In this document: in pieces, positions 1-9,345 of the stretch
How positions within the stretch are numbered: the first letter of the stretch is position 1
How the letters are laid out: each line of letters begins with the position of its first letter
Source of the DNA: an uncultured Planctomycetales bacterium
GTDB taxonomy: Bacteria > Omnitrophota > Gorgyraeia > Zapsychrales > JANLHA01
Direction: 5' to 3'
DNA: 49,172 nt
Assembly: GCA_964450385.1 (NCBI GenBank)
Contig: CAYVEC010000013.1
Coordinates: forward strand, 1 to 49,172
Notes under the pieces: generated by a model
The model's input: only the letters and a program-made list of their open reading frames with translations
What the model was told of the DNA's origin: nothing
Database searches by the model: none
Made by a program: the position numbers and the translations under genes

Positions 1-233
1 GATGCCGTGCCGACCTCCGGGTGAAGACCAACCACCTGATCAGCCGATGGCCTCCCAAGGCCGGTCAGCCGATCAAGAAACGAACCTAAATAAATAAACA
101 CGGGGCGGGGCGACACAGCGAGAGGTTTGACCACGACCCGAATGAAACTCATTAGAACGAGATGGGCTGCAACCGCAGACACCAGCCCCAGCCATTCGCT
201 CATCACCCACAATTTAACGCGGCCCCTGCTCAT
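1..233 (-). CDS. 5' part of a membrane-anchored protein, possibly a TonB/TolA-like energy transducer; runs off the left edge and is absent from the ORF track
   Basis: ATG at 233-231 overlaps the exbD stop (TAATG). The frame is open to position 1 and reads MSRGRVKLWVMSEWLGLVSAVAAHLVLMSFIRVVVKPLAVSPRPVFIYLGSFL..., a basic N-terminus plus a hydrophobic helix containing His. It lies directly after exbB-exbD. Confidence 0.65.
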   Translation of the reverse strand, partial: MSRGRVKLWVMSEWLGLVSAVAAHLVLMSFIRVVVKPLAVSPRPVFIYLGSFLDRLTGLGRPSADQVVGLHPEVGTA

Positions 234-634
234 TAGTCTTTCGTTGTTGCGATATTGATCTTCTCGATCCCCGACTGACGGCAGAGATCCCAGATATCGA
301 CGATCCGCCCCATCGAGGCGCGGCGATCGGACTTGATCATTAGGGCGGCATTCAGATTCTTGATTTTCACCAACTCAGCCTGCAGCTCCTTCACTGTCAC
401 AACCCTACCTTGAAAATAAAGGACATCCTCACTCGTGATGGAAACGACAAAGCTGTTGTCATTAAGGGAATCGCTCGTCACGGCCTTCGGAAGCTTCACG
501 TTGATCCCGGACTGAAAGGTGAACGACGACGACAGCATGAAAAAAATAAGCAGCAAAAACACCATATCGATCATCGGGGCCATGTCGATCTGCTCAAGAC
601 CCCGTTCAATCTTTGTGTTCCGTTTAAACCGCAT
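233..634 (-). CDS. exbD: Biopolymer transport protein, ExbD/TolR family
   Basis: IDMAPMIDMVFLLLIFFM transmembrane motif with the conserved Asp; C-terminal IKSDRRA...GIEKINIAT; GGAGG RBS. TolR cannot be excluded. Confidence 0.93.
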   Translation of the reverse strand: MRFKRNTKIERGLEQIDMAPMIDMVFLLLIFFMLSSSFTFQSGINVKLPKAVTSDSLNDNSFVVSITSEDVLYFQGRVVTVKELQAELVKIKNLNAALMIKSDRRASMGRIVDIWDLCRQSGIEKINIATTKD

Positions 635-658
635 CTCCCGTCCTCCCCCTAGCTCTGC

Positions 659-1312
659 TTAGGATTCCGCCGTCTCATGAAGATGGCACAAAAAGTTCAG
701 CAATTCCGTGGCCACCCGCTCCATCTCACGAACAAAGGCCCCGACCCGGCTCACGAGATAATTATACGCGACATACGTCGGGATCGCGACCACAAGGCCG
801 GCCACGGTTGTTAACAATGCCTCGCTGATCCCCCCGGCGAGGTCGCCCGGCGTCACAGGATTCATACTCGCCGCCCGGACCTGAATGGTATAGAAACTCG
901 CGGTCATCCCTGTGACCGTGCCCAAGAGCCCCAAGAGCGGTGCCACATGAGCGATCGTCGCCAAGGCCGTAAACCTGCGCTCAAGGAGCGGCACCTCAAA
1001 CACGCTGACATCCTCCATGGCCTCGCGGATCTCCTCCCGGGACGATCCATATTTCAAGATGCCCGCCTTCATGATCTTCGCGACCGGTGAGGGATCATCA
1101 TCACAGAGGGCCACGGCCTCTTCAACCCGGTCCTTCCGCATGAGCTGAAAGACATCGGTCTTAAGCTTCTGGGCATCGGTCTGAATCCGAGCAAAATAAA
1201 TTAATTTGCCGATCACGATGGCCACCGCAAAAACAGAGCACAAGGCCAACGGGATCATGATCGGCCCCCCGGCCAGCAAAAATTCTTTCGGACTCAACTG
1301 CCATATTGCCAT
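659..1312 (-). CDS. exbB: MotA/TolQ/ExbB proton channel family protein
   Basis: APLLGLLGTVTGM and GISEALLTTVAGLVVAIP helices; AAGGAGG RBS; adjacent to exbD. Confidence 0.94.
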   Translation of the reverse strand: MAIWQLSPKEFLLAGGPIMIPLALCSVFAVAIVIGKLIYFARIQTDAQKLKTDVFQLMRKDRVEEAVALCDDDPSPVAKIMKAGILKYGSSREEIREAMEDVSVFEVPLLERRFTALATIAHVAPLLGLLGTVTGMTASFYTIQVRAASMNPVTPGDLAGGISEALLTTVAGLVVAIPTYVAYNYLVSRVGAFVREMERVATELLNFLCHLHETAES

Positions 1313-1346
1313 ACACCCTCCTTCATGATAAGCCTAAGATATTGTT

Positions 1347-3824
1347 TTATTCGACCATCTCCGCGATCCACCCGAGCCGTTCCTCGGCGTATTTTGATTC
1401 CTCGATCTTAAAGGCAACCAGTTTCTCGTAGATCAACCGTGCCTCGGCCCATTTCTGCTGATTCTCAAAAATGCGCGCGATCCTTAAATACGCCTTCACG
1501 GTCCAGGTGTCAGGATCCGAGGCGAGATAGACGACCTTAAAATACTGGTCCACTGCCTGTTCGATCTGACCATCCGCCTCATAGGCATCGCCGAGGGCAA
1601 AGAGGATCTCGGCATTCGTGGGCCCAACATCGCCTTGGGACGCTGCCAGGGCCTGGTGATAGACCGTGATCGCGTCCCCCGGCCGATCCTGTGCGAAATA
1701 CACCCGTGCCAACTTCACCAAGGCCGCGCGCTCATAGGCCGGGATCGTTTCAGCGATCTCGCGATAGGCCGCGACCGCCTTCTCCGAATTCCGTTCATCG
1801 GCGAAAATATCGGCGATCGCCAACTGGGCGCTCGCATAAACATCATCCGGGGCCTCAGGCGAGATCTCATGATAATACGCCAGGGCCTTATCCAATTCGC
1901 CTAAGGAGGCAAAGGCATGCCCCAGATCATACCGGACCAGGTCGACGCGCGGGCTGCTGCTGAACTTTTCAAAGAACTGAAGATACAATCCGATCGCCTC
2001 TCGGAACTCGCCCCCATCGAGATAGCGGTCCGCCAGCCATAGGAGGGCGTCCTCATGCGTCTCACTGCCAGCATAGCGTTCCATGACGCCCTTAAACAAT
2101 TTCATGGCCTCTTTCAAATCGCCAAGGAGGTAGACGGCCTTGGCCACCTGAAGTTCCGCGGACGCGACCAGGGATCCGCTTAAAATGCCCTCTTTTAATA
2201 TCCGTCGAAAAAGAGCAACCGCATCCTGATACCGGCCCTGATTAATCAGCGAAAGGCCCAGAAGGTACTCGGCATCGGGCCGCAGATGATGGAGCGGCAT
2301 CTCCGTGCGGAAACGGTCAAACGACTCCGCGGCCTGAACCCAGACCCCTTCCCGAAAATACACGATCCCTAAATAATAGAAGGCCTCGCCGATATGTTTG
2401 CTTTTAGGGAAATTCGCGGCCAGGCTCTGGAGGGAGATCTTCGCCGCCTCAAGATTGTTCAGCCGCAGAAGAGCGATCCCCTGCTGAAACTGTGCATAAT
2501 CCGCATAAACGCTGTCGGAAAATTCTCCAAGGACACGATCGTAAATCTCAAGGGCCTTCTGATAACGGCCCGCCTCATGATAGAGGTCCCCGATCTGCGC
2601 TAGGGCGCTTACCTTCACGACGCGATTTTTCGAGCCCTCAACAACACGAGAGAACGTCGCAACCGCCTGATCAACGTCCCCAAGCTGAAAATACGACCAG
2701 GCGACCCCATAATAGGCCTGCTCCAAGAGCCGTTCACCGACGGGCTTGTTCTTGGCATATCCGAGGACCCACTGAAAGGCCTTAAGCGCGTCATCATAGC
2801 GCCTGTTATCAAACAACAGATTTGCTTTATTTAAATACGTTTCGACCAAACGCGGGCTTTCAGGGAATTTCGTAATAATAAGATCATACCGAGCGATCGC
2901 CTCGTCAACCTTCTGCTCATTCGCATAGAGAGCCGCCTCTCCAAAATACACCTCATCCATCGACGCCAGGCCATGCCGTGTGATGAGGCCTTCCGCGGCC
3001 GCGAAGCGCTCTCGGGCCAGGTCATACTTCTTTAGCCGAATATAACTCCAGCCCATCCCGATCTCCGCCATCATCTTGATCTGCGGCGGATTGTCGGCCT
3101 CACCGGCCTTCGCATAATAGGTGACCGCAGTTAACGGGTCATTCAGAAAATACAGATTCTCGCCGATATAAAAGAACGCCTTCCCGGCATTCGCGGCGCC
3201 CGGGAATTCCCGGAGGTATCGTTCAAGGAGCCCGGTCGCCTCCTCTTTTTTATCCAGATTGATCAGCACCTCGGCCCATCGGAACAGGGAGTCCTCGGCA
3301 AGGGCATGCTGGGGGTACTCGGTAATGACCCTCTGAAAGGCCGCTGCCGCCTCCGCATATTTTGCCTGTTCCAAGAACGCCCAACCAAGGGAATACACGG
3401 CCTGCGGCACATACGGAGAATCAGGACATTCCTCGATGACCCTCTGGTAAAAGGTCACGGCCTGACGGTAATCTGAGGCCTTCAGATACGTCTCCCCAAG
3501 CCAAAAGAACGTCGCGTCCTTCAACTCGGTGTAGGTCGATGAGATCTTCTGAAAAATGTCAAAGGCCTTTAGATACTGGCTTTTAAAAAAATAACATTGC
3601 CCCTGAAGGAGTTTGGCCTTGGGGACATAGGCGCTCGAGGGATACTGCGCTAGGAACTGATCGATATAGCGAAGAGAGACATCATAGAACCCGTCGTCAA
3701 AGGCTTTCTGTGTGACAAAGAAAAGCTCGCTCTCATCGTTAGCGGGCCCGGCCAATAACGGAACGGCCCCGCCGAGCATAGCCCCAATGACAAGAACCCC
3801 GCAAATAAACGAGCGCATCATCAT
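1347..3824 (-). CDS. Large secreted/periplasmic tetratricopeptide repeat protein (~825 aa)
   Basis: Signal-peptide-like N-terminus (MRSFICGVLVIGAMLGGAVPLLA) followed by many TPR units of the type A.Y.LG..Y...G.Y..A...F..VI..YP. Start placed at the ATG triplet after GAGAGGGG; the ORF track starts at GTG 3836. Confidence 0.9.
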   Translation of the reverse strand: MMMRSFICGVLVIGAMLGGAVPLLAGPANDESELFFVTQKAFDDGFYDVSLRYIDQFLAQYPSSAYVPKAKLLQGQCYFFKSQYLKAFDIFQKISSTYTELKDATFFWLGETYLKASDYRQAVTFYQRVIEECPDSPYVPQAVYSLGWAFLEQAKYAEAAAAFQRVITEYPQHALAEDSLFRWAEVLINLDKKEEATGLLERYLREFPGAANAGKAFFYIGENLYFLNDPLTAVTYYAKAGEADNPPQIKMMAEIGMGWSYIRLKKYDLARERFAAAEGLITRHGLASMDEVYFGEAALYANEQKVDEAIARYDLIITKFPESPRLVETYLNKANLLFDNRRYDDALKAFQWVLGYAKNKPVGERLLEQAYYGVAWSYFQLGDVDQAVATFSRVVEGSKNRVVKVSALAQIGDLYHEAGRYQKALEIYDRVLGEFSDSVYADYAQFQQGIALLRLNNLEAAKISLQSLAANFPKSKHIGEAFYYLGIVYFREGVWVQAAESFDRFRTEMPLHHLRPDAEYLLGLSLINQGRYQDAVALFRRILKEGILSGSLVASAELQVAKAVYLLGDLKEAMKLFKGVMERYAGSETHEDALLWLADRYLDGGEFREAIGLYLQFFEKFSSSPRVDLVRYDLGHAFASLGELDKALAYYHEISPEAPDDVYASAQLAIADIFADERNSEKAVAAYREIAETIPAYERAALVKLARVYFAQDRPGDAITVYHQALAASQGDVGPTNAEILFALGDAYEADGQIEQAVDQYFKVVYLASDPDTWTVKAYLRIARIFENQQKWAEARLIYEKLVAFKIEESKYAEERLGWIAEMVE

Positions 3825-3851
3825 CCCCTCTCGCACAGTGATGTGGCCTGT

Positions 3852-3879
3852 ATTATAGCAACTTTTCCATCCGTTTCAA
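3852..3879 (-). promoter_or_regulatory. Sigma70-type promoter for the TPR-exbB-exbD unit
   Basis: Minus strand TTGAAA(3879-3874)-N16-TATAAT(3857-3852), with TGc extended -10. Confidence 0.75.
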
Positions 3880-3898
3880 TCATGCTCGGCCATGCTGA

Positions 3899-6694
3899 CT
3901 ATTTCGGAAACAAAACTTTCTTCAGATACTGACCCGTATACGAATCCGGATGACAGGCCAGGTCTTCGGGCCGACCCTCACAGACGATCCGGCCGCCCTG
4001 ATCCCCGCCTTCAGGTCCAAGGTCGATCACATAATCCGCGGTCTTGATCACCTCGAGATTATGCTCGACCACGAGCACCGTGTTCCCTTTATCGACAAGC
4101 TGCTGGAGGACCATCAACAGCCGATGGACATCCGCGAAATGAAGGCCCGTGGTCGGCTCATCCAGAATATAAAGCGTGCGGCCAGTCCCCTGTTTGCACA
4201 ATTCAGCCGCAAGCTTGACCCGCTGGGCCTCTCCCCCCGAAAGCGTTGTCGATGACTGGCCGAGTTTGATATAACCGAGGCCGACCTGACTCAGGGTCTC
4301 GAGGACCCGGTGGATCTTCGGAATATGCTCAAAGACCTCGAGGGCCTCATCCACGCTCAAGTCCAGGATATCCGCGATATTCTTCCCCTTAAAATAGATC
4401 TCGAGGGTCTGCTCATTAAATCGCCGCCCATGACAGACCTCGCACTCAACAAAGACATCCGGCAAAAAATGCATTTCGATCCGTTTGATCCCGTCACCGG
4501 TGCAGGCCTCGCATCGCCCGCCACGGACGTTAAAGCTGAAACGCCCAGGTTTGTATCCCCGGACCTTCGCCTCCGGGGTCTGGCTCAACAGGTCCCGGAT
4601 ATAACCAAAGACCCCAGTATAAGTCGCGGGATTTGACCGGGGCGTCCGGCCGATCGGCGACTGATCAACGACGATCACCTTGTCAATGTGCTCGATGCCC
4701 TTAAGGCTTTTGAGCCGAACCGAGCGGCCCGAGTCTTTTCGTAACGCGCTCGTGACTGCCGGGAACAGGGTATTCTCGATGAGTGACGACTTTCCGGACC
4801 CCGAAACCCCGGTCACACAGACAAACGCACCCAACGGGATGCTCACAGAAATATTCTTCAGATTGTTCTCCCGGGCGCCATGAAGAACGAGGCGCCGTGA
4901 TCCGCTGATATCCCTTCGGTGCGCCGGAACAGGGATCCCGATGTCACCGTTGAGATATTTTGCCGTGAGCGATGCGGGGCATGAGAGCAGACCCGCGACA
5001 TCCCCGGCATAGATGATCTCGCCCCCATGGATCCCGGCCGCCGGACCCAGGTCCACGATAAAATTCGCATGCCGGATCGCCTCCTCGTCGTGCTCAACCA
5101 CGATCAAGGTATTCCCAAGGTCGCGCAGTTGCTCAAGGGTTTCAAGCAAACGGACGTTGTCGCGCTGATGAAGCCCGATACTTGGCTCATCAAGCACATA
5201 GATCACCCCGACGAGACCCGACCCGACCTGGGTCGCGAGCCGGATCCGCTGGGCCTCTCCCCCCGATAGGGTCGCGCTCTTCCGATCAAGGGTCAAATAA
5301 TCGAGCCCGACATTAATGCAAAAATCGAGACGCCGCCGGATCTCGCGGATCATCGGATCCGCGATCAACCTCTCCTCACGCGAGAGGTCGAGGGCATCAA
5401 CAAATGCCCGAACTTTTGCGATCGATAAGGCAGTGACCTCGGCGATGTTCTTGCCGCCGACGTACACGGCGAGTGCCTCTTTTTTAAGCCGGCGTCCCCC
5501 GCACGACACGCAGGGATGAACAGACATGTATTGCGAAATCTCGTCCTTCAACCAATCGCTCTCCGTCTCTGTAAAAAGCCGCTGCATATAGCCGAGGACG
5601 CCTTCAAAACGCTTGCCCCAGACCTCATCGTTGGAGCCTCCCAAGATGATCGATCGAAATTTCTTCGGCAGGTCCTGGAACGCTACATCTGTCTCAACAT
5701 CATACAGGTCCGCGATCTCCCGGAGCACCGCTCGATAATACATGAGATAATTATGCCGCCCGCGCTGGTGGGGCGCGATCGCGTAGACCCACGGCCGTGA
5801 GGGGTCTGGGATCAGCCGCTCAGGATCGATCTCCAGTTTGGTCCCAAGGCCGCCGCATGCGGGACAGGCGCCGTAAGGCGAATTAAAGGAAAAAGTCCTT
5901 GGTTCGATCTCAGCCAGGCCTGTTCCGCACTGGACGCAGGCATACTGTTCACTAAAGGCCTGCTCCCTCCCCTCGTCATTAAAAAGAACCGTGACGAGCC
6001 CCTTGCCGAGCTCGAGAGCGGATTCGATCGAATCGGTGAGCCGTTTTTTCACCGTCGGCGAGACCTGGATCCGGTCAACGACCACATCGATATGATGCGC
6101 CTTATAGCGGTCGAGACGGACCTCCTCATCAGTCGAGATGATCTTCCCATCGACGCGCAGCCGAACGAAACCGGCCTTGGCCACCTGTTTCGTGATCTGA
6201 CGATACTCGCCCTTACGCCCACGGATGAGCGGGGACAAGACCGTGATCTTGGTGCCCTCGGGATGCGCGAGGAGTTGATCCACGATCTCCTGGGCCGATT
6301 GCCGTGTGATCGGCCGGCCGCACTCGACGCAGTGGGGACGCCCGACCCGGGCAAAGAGGAGGCGGAGGTAATCATAAATCTCGGTCTGTGTCGCCACGGT
6401 CGAACGGGGATTGCGGCTGGTCGTCTTCTGGTCAATCGCAATCGTCGGGGAAAGCCCGTCGATCGACTCGACATTCGGCTTCTGAAGCTGATCAAGGAAC
6501 TGCCGGGCATAGGCAGACAGACTGTCCATGTAACGGCGCTGACCCTCGGCATAGATCGTGTCAAACGCCAAGGAGGATTTCCCCGATCCGCTCAGCCCCG
6601 TGATCACCACCAATCGGTCTCGAGGGATCTCAAGGTCGAACCCCTTGAGGTTGTGCTCCCTCACGTTTCGGATCACGATCGTGTCATGGCCCAT
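3899..6694 (-). CDS. uvrA: Excinuclease ABC subunit A
   Basis: Two Walker A motifs ([18 protein letters not shown]), two LSGGEAQR signatures, CxxC zinc fingers. ATG 6694 follows AAAGGTGG; the track starts at GTG 6703. Confidence 0.98.
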   Translation of the reverse strand: MGHDTIVIRNVREHNLKGFDLEIPRDRLVVITGLSGSGKSSLAFDTIYAEGQRRYMDSLSAYARQFLDQLQKPNVESIDGLSPTIAIDQKTTSRNPRSTVATQTEIYDYLRLLFARVGRPHCVECGRPITRQSAQEIVDQLLAHPEGTKITVLSPLIRGRKGEYRQITKQVAKAGFVRLRVDGKIISTDEEVRLDRYKAHHIDVVVDRIQVSPTVKKRLTDSIESALELGKGLVTVLFNDEGREQAFSEQYACVQCGTGLAEIEPRTFSFNSPYGACPACGGLGTKLEIDPERLIPDPSRPWVYAIAPHQRGRHNYLMYYRAVLREIADLYDVETDVAFQDLPKKFRSIILGGSNDEVWGKRFEGVLGYMQRLFTETESDWLKDEISQYMSVHPCVSCGGRRLKKEALAVYVGGKNIAEVTALSIAKVRAFVDALDLSREERLIADPMIREIRRRLDFCINVGLDYLTLDRKSATLSGGEAQRIRLATQVGSGLVGVIYVLDEPSIGLHQRDNVRLLETLEQLRDLGNTLIVVEHDEEAIRHANFIVDLGPAAGIHGGEIIYAGDVAGLLSCPASLTAKYLNGDIGIPVPAHRRDISGSRRLVLHGARENNLKNISVSIPLGAFVCVTGVSGSGKSSLIENTLFPAVTSALRKDSGRSVRLKSLKGIEHIDKVIVVDQSPIGRTPRSNPATYTGVFGYIRDLLSQTPEAKVRGYKPGRFSFNVRGGRCEACTGDGIKRIEMHFLPDVFVECEVCHGRRFNEQTLEIYFKGKNIADILDLSVDEALEVFEHIPKIHRVLETLSQVGLGYIKLGQSSTTLSGGEAQRVKLAAELCKQGTGRTLYILDEPTTGLHFADVHRLLMVLQQLVDKGNTVLVVEHNLEVIKTADYVIDLGPEGGDQGGRIVCEGRPEDLACHPDSYTGQYLKKVLFPK

Positions 6695-6724
6695 CCCGTC
6701 CACCTTTCATCGATGTCTACGACA

Positions 6725-6765
6725 ATAAAATAGCCCCGTCATCTTTAAATGCGGGGCTATTTTAT
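6725..6765 (-). terminator. Intrinsic terminator-like hairpin after the Lys-rich gene
   Basis: Perfect 14-bp inverted repeat ATAAAATAGCCCCG (6725-6738) / CGGGGCTATTTTAT (6752-6765) with a 13-nt loop; the GC core is followed by a U-rich tract on either strand. Confidence 0.75.
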
Positions 6766-6783
6766 CACAAAAAAAAGACGGGC

Positions 6784-7119
6784 TTATCTCTTTTTTGCCG
6801 CCTTTTTCTTCCCAGCCTTCTTTGCAGTTTTTTTCTTCGCTGCCTTCTTGGCGGGTTTCTTCTTTGCTGCTTTCTTCTTTGCTGCTTTCTTCTTGGTTCC
6901 GCCTCTTACCATCTTCGCGCAAGAAATGTCCCCGTCTTTATCAAGAAAGTACAATACTCCTGACTCCTTCTTGACGCCGACCTTGGCCACCTTCTTCGGT
7001 TTGCCACCTTTCTTGGCGCCTCTAGCCATGACTGCGCAAGAGACATCACCGTCTTTGTCAATAAAGTAAAGCATTCCCTTTTCTTTCTTGACGCCGACCT
7101 TAGCCACTTTCTTTGCCAT
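6784..7119 (-). CDS. Small, very basic protein: two tandem 32-aa domains plus a histone-H1-like Lys/Ala tail; putative nucleoid-associated protein
   Basis: Strong RBS AAAGGGGGTGAG. 38 Lys in 111 aa. Residues 3-34 and 42-73 are 26/32 identical. Tail KKKAAKKKAAKKKPAKKAAKKK. Confidence 0.85.
   Translation of the reverse strand: MAKKVAKVGVKKEKGMLYFIDKDGDVSCAVMARGAKKGGKPKKVAKVGVKKESGVLYFLDKDGDISCAKMVRGGTKKKAAKKKAAKKKPAKKAAKKKTAKKAGKKKAAKKR
6901..7113 (-). repeat. Intragenic tandem duplication with 117-nt period
   Basis: Units at 7113-7018 and 6996-6901 encode KKVAKVGVKKEKGMLYFIDKDGDVSCAVMARG and KKVAKVGVKKESGVLYFLDKDGDISCAKMVRG; both share the DNA ttcttgacgccgacctt. Confidence 0.9.
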
Positions 7120-7169
7120 TGTCTCACCCCCTTTCCTCGTTCACCATATCGTAAAAAGGGCCTCCCCTT

Positions 7170-7976
7170 TTACGTACCAACCGTGACATCAGAACAAAAC
7201 CCCCGCAGCGTTTCGATCGCCGACAAGACCGCCAGATAACTCGTCTTGAGATTGTCCGGGCAGACCGCGTTCTCTGTCCGTGTCACGATCCGTCCGAAGG
7301 GACCGATCGCCTCGATCTCATGCGAATTCTGAACAAACGACGGTGATGTCAGGATCCTCACCTTTATTTTATCCTCGGCACGCGTCGCCAAGGCGAGGGT
7401 TGCAGCCACATTGATGTTCTGAGGAAAGGCGCGTACGGCCTCGGCGACGGGCCCTTCAAAGATCAGGGTCTCGCCGGTCACGCCGCCCAGATCGAGCCCG
7501 GACCGGCGGACATACTCATTCCCGTCGAAGCCCGAGACGGGCTTGCGGGTGGTAAGGGTGATCGAGGAAAAACCAACGGCCGCCGCGGCCCGAAGGCCGT
7601 CGATCCCGGCAATCGCCCCCGAGGGGATGAGCAGCCCGACACCCGCGGCGCGTGCCGCGTCAAGGAGATGGCGATGGGCCAGAAGCTGGCCGACGCTCAT
7701 GACGAGGACGCTCCGCCGAGCCGCAATGATCGTTTCGATCACGTCAGCGACCCGCGGGTCGTTAACGGCCTCAACAACAAGATCACTCGCTTTGATTAAG
7801 GTGTCGATTGTTCGGTGAACCAACTCCGGTCGGCCAAGATGGCGGGCAACGTCCGAGGCTCGCTCGGCATGATGATCATATATTCCGACGAGAAGGGCAG
7901 AGGCGACCGTCCCTGATTGAATTGCCTCTGCGATCCGAGATCCAATGGCCCCGCACCCTAAGATCCCAATATTCAT
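7170..7976 (-). CDS. nadX: L-aspartate dehydrogenase (NAD biosynthesis)
   Basis: MNIGILGCGAIG Rossmann start, PSGAIAGID, FPQNINVAA, NSHEI...KTSYLA. The extension to 8048 is AT-rich and contains the promoter. Confidence 0.92.
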   Translation of the reverse strand: MNIGILGCGAIGSRIAEAIQSGTVASALLVGIYDHHAERASDVARHLGRPELVHRTIDTLIKASDLVVEAVNDPRVADVIETIIAARRSVLVMSVGQLLAHRHLLDAARAAGVGLLIPSGAIAGIDGLRAAAAVGFSSITLTTRKPVSGFDGNEYVRRSGLDLGGVTGETLIFEGPVAEAVRAFPQNINVAATLALATRAEDKIKVRILTSPSFVQNSHEIEAIGPFGRIVTRTENAVCPDNLKTSYLAVLSAIETLRGFCSDVTVGT

Positions 7977-8037
7977 TCCGTTACCGTCTAGATTTCTACA
8001 TGCCTCGAGTTTAACGTCGTCGACCAATAACGAAAAT

Positions 8038-8066
8038 ATTATATCCACAAAAAATTAAATTTGCAA
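8038..8066 (-). promoter_or_regulatory. Internal sigma70-type promoter upstream of nadX
   Basis: TTGCAA(8066-8061)-N17-TATAAT(8043-8038), overlapping the panC stop. Confidence 0.7.
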
Positions 8067-8897
8067 AGCAATATTATCAATTAATCGTGTCCGTCCGAAA
8101 AAAACCGCCGCGGCCATGACCGACGGCCCTCGGAGGGTCTGAACCGGCTCCAGGGTCGCCGCGTCAACGCACTCCAGATAATCGATCCGTCCGCTCGTCG
8201 AGCGGATCCGTCGCCGCGCCTGCGCCAGAAGGACACGGGCGCTGCGCTCGCCGGCCCGGACCTGACGGCGTGCCTCTCGGAGGGCCTGATAGAGGACAAC
8301 GGCCTCTTCCCGCTCTCGCGACGACAGATACTGGTTCCGCGAGCTCAGGGCCAGCCCGTCGGCCGCCCGGACCGTGGGGCAGACACGAACGGCGATCGGC
8401 AGGCCGAGGTCCCGCGTCATCCGGCGGATCACGGCGGTCTGCTGAAAATCCTTTTCACCAAAATAGGCCCGGTCGGGCATGACGGCAATGAATAATTTCG
8501 CAACGATCGTGGCGACCCCCCGGAAATGACCCGGCCGCGAGGCCCCGCAGAGACCCCGGCTCAGGACCGGGACATCAACGACCGTCTCATGCCCCGGGGG
8601 GTACATCTCATCAGGGGAGGGATAAAAAACGATGTCCGCCCCTGCCTCACGGGCAAGCCGGCAGTCGAGGGCCTTGGGGCGCGGATACCGCGCGTAATCC
8701 TCCCGCGGACCGAACTGCGTGGGATTAACAAAAATACTGACCACGCCGACATCGCATTCTTTTTTGGAACGCCGGATCAGCGACAGGTGACCCTCATGAA
8801 GGGCCCCCATCGTCGGCACCAGCCCGATGGTTCGCCCCTCTGCCCGAAACCGCACGAGCGCCCGACGCAACCCTCGAATCGAATTAATGGTCATCAT
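8055..8897 (-). CDS. panC: Pantoate--beta-alanine ligase
   Basis: VPTMGALHEGH, FVNPTQF, RPGHFRGV, FGEKD, GLALSSRN, RLIDN. Confidence 0.97.
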   Translation of the reverse strand: MMTINSIRGLRRALVRFRAEGRTIGLVPTMGALHEGHLSLIRRSKKECDVGVVSIFVNPTQFGPREDYARYPRPKALDCRLAREAGADIVFYPSPDEMYPPGHETVVDVPVLSRGLCGASRPGHFRGVATIVAKLFIAVMPDRAYFGEKDFQQTAVIRRMTRDLGLPIAVRVCPTVRAADGLALSSRNQYLSSREREEAVVLYQALREARRQVRAGERSARVLLAQARRRIRSTSGRIDYLECVDAATLEPVQTLRGPSVMAAAVFFGRTRLIDNIALQI

Positions 8898-9318
8898 GGA
8901 AACCCGTGCCCGTTAGGTCAGGTTGAATCTCTCTCAACGGGGTCATGACAAAGGCCCGATCGCGCATCCGAGGATGCGGGATCGTCAATGTCTCCGTCGA
9001 CACCGTGATCGAGTCATAGAGAAGGATATCGATATCGATCGTGCGAGGGCCGTTGGGCACCCCTCGTACCCGCCCCAGTTGCCGTTCAATATCCATCACG
9101 GCGGACAATAAGGCCTGAGGCGTCAATTCTGTTCTGACCCGCGCCACGGCGTTGATAAACCGGCCCTGCGGCGGGCCGCCGACCGGATCGGTCTCAATAA
9201 AGGAAGAAACCTTCTCGATCCCCACGCCATATTCGTCAGAAAGCCGGGCCAAGGCCGTGCGGATCATGTCGGCCCGGTCGCCGAGATTGGACCCAAGGCC
9301 TAAAAACACCGTTGCCAC
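8884..9318 (-). CDS. folK: 2-amino-4-hydroxy-6-hydroxymethyldihydropteridine diphosphokinase
   Basis: FLGLGSNLGDR, GPRTIDIDILLY, IPHPRM..RAFV. Confidence 0.97.
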   Translation of the reverse strand: MATVFLGLGSNLGDRADMIRTALARLSDEYGVGIEKVSSFIETDPVGGPPQGRFINAVARVRTELTPQALLSAVMDIERQLGRVRGVPNGPRTIDIDILLYDSITVSTETLTIPHPRMRDRAFVMTPLREIQPDLTGTGFHDDH

Positions 9319-9345
9319 ATTCTCCCCCCGTCCCCTGACCGCCGG

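Noticed and set aside
6704-6783. Known LexA boxes upstream of uvrA
   Set aside because: There is no CTGT-N8-ACAG, GAAC-N4-GTTC, GTTC-N7-GTTC or TGTTC-N4-GAACA in the gap.
7045-7059. DKDGD in both repeats of the Lys-rich protein matches the start of a calmodulin EF-hand loop
   Set aside because: It lacks Gly at loop position 6, Glu at position 12 and flanking helices; a beta-turn is more likely.
7154-7171. Hairpin AAAAGGG-cctc-CCCTTTT at the nadX stop
   Set aside because: Only three G-C pairs; too weak to call a terminator.
7987-8024. XbaI, XhoI and SalI hexamers clustered in the nadX leader, polylinker-like
   Set aside because: There is no vector sequence, the spacing is irregular, and the flanks are continuous native genes; chance is sufficient.
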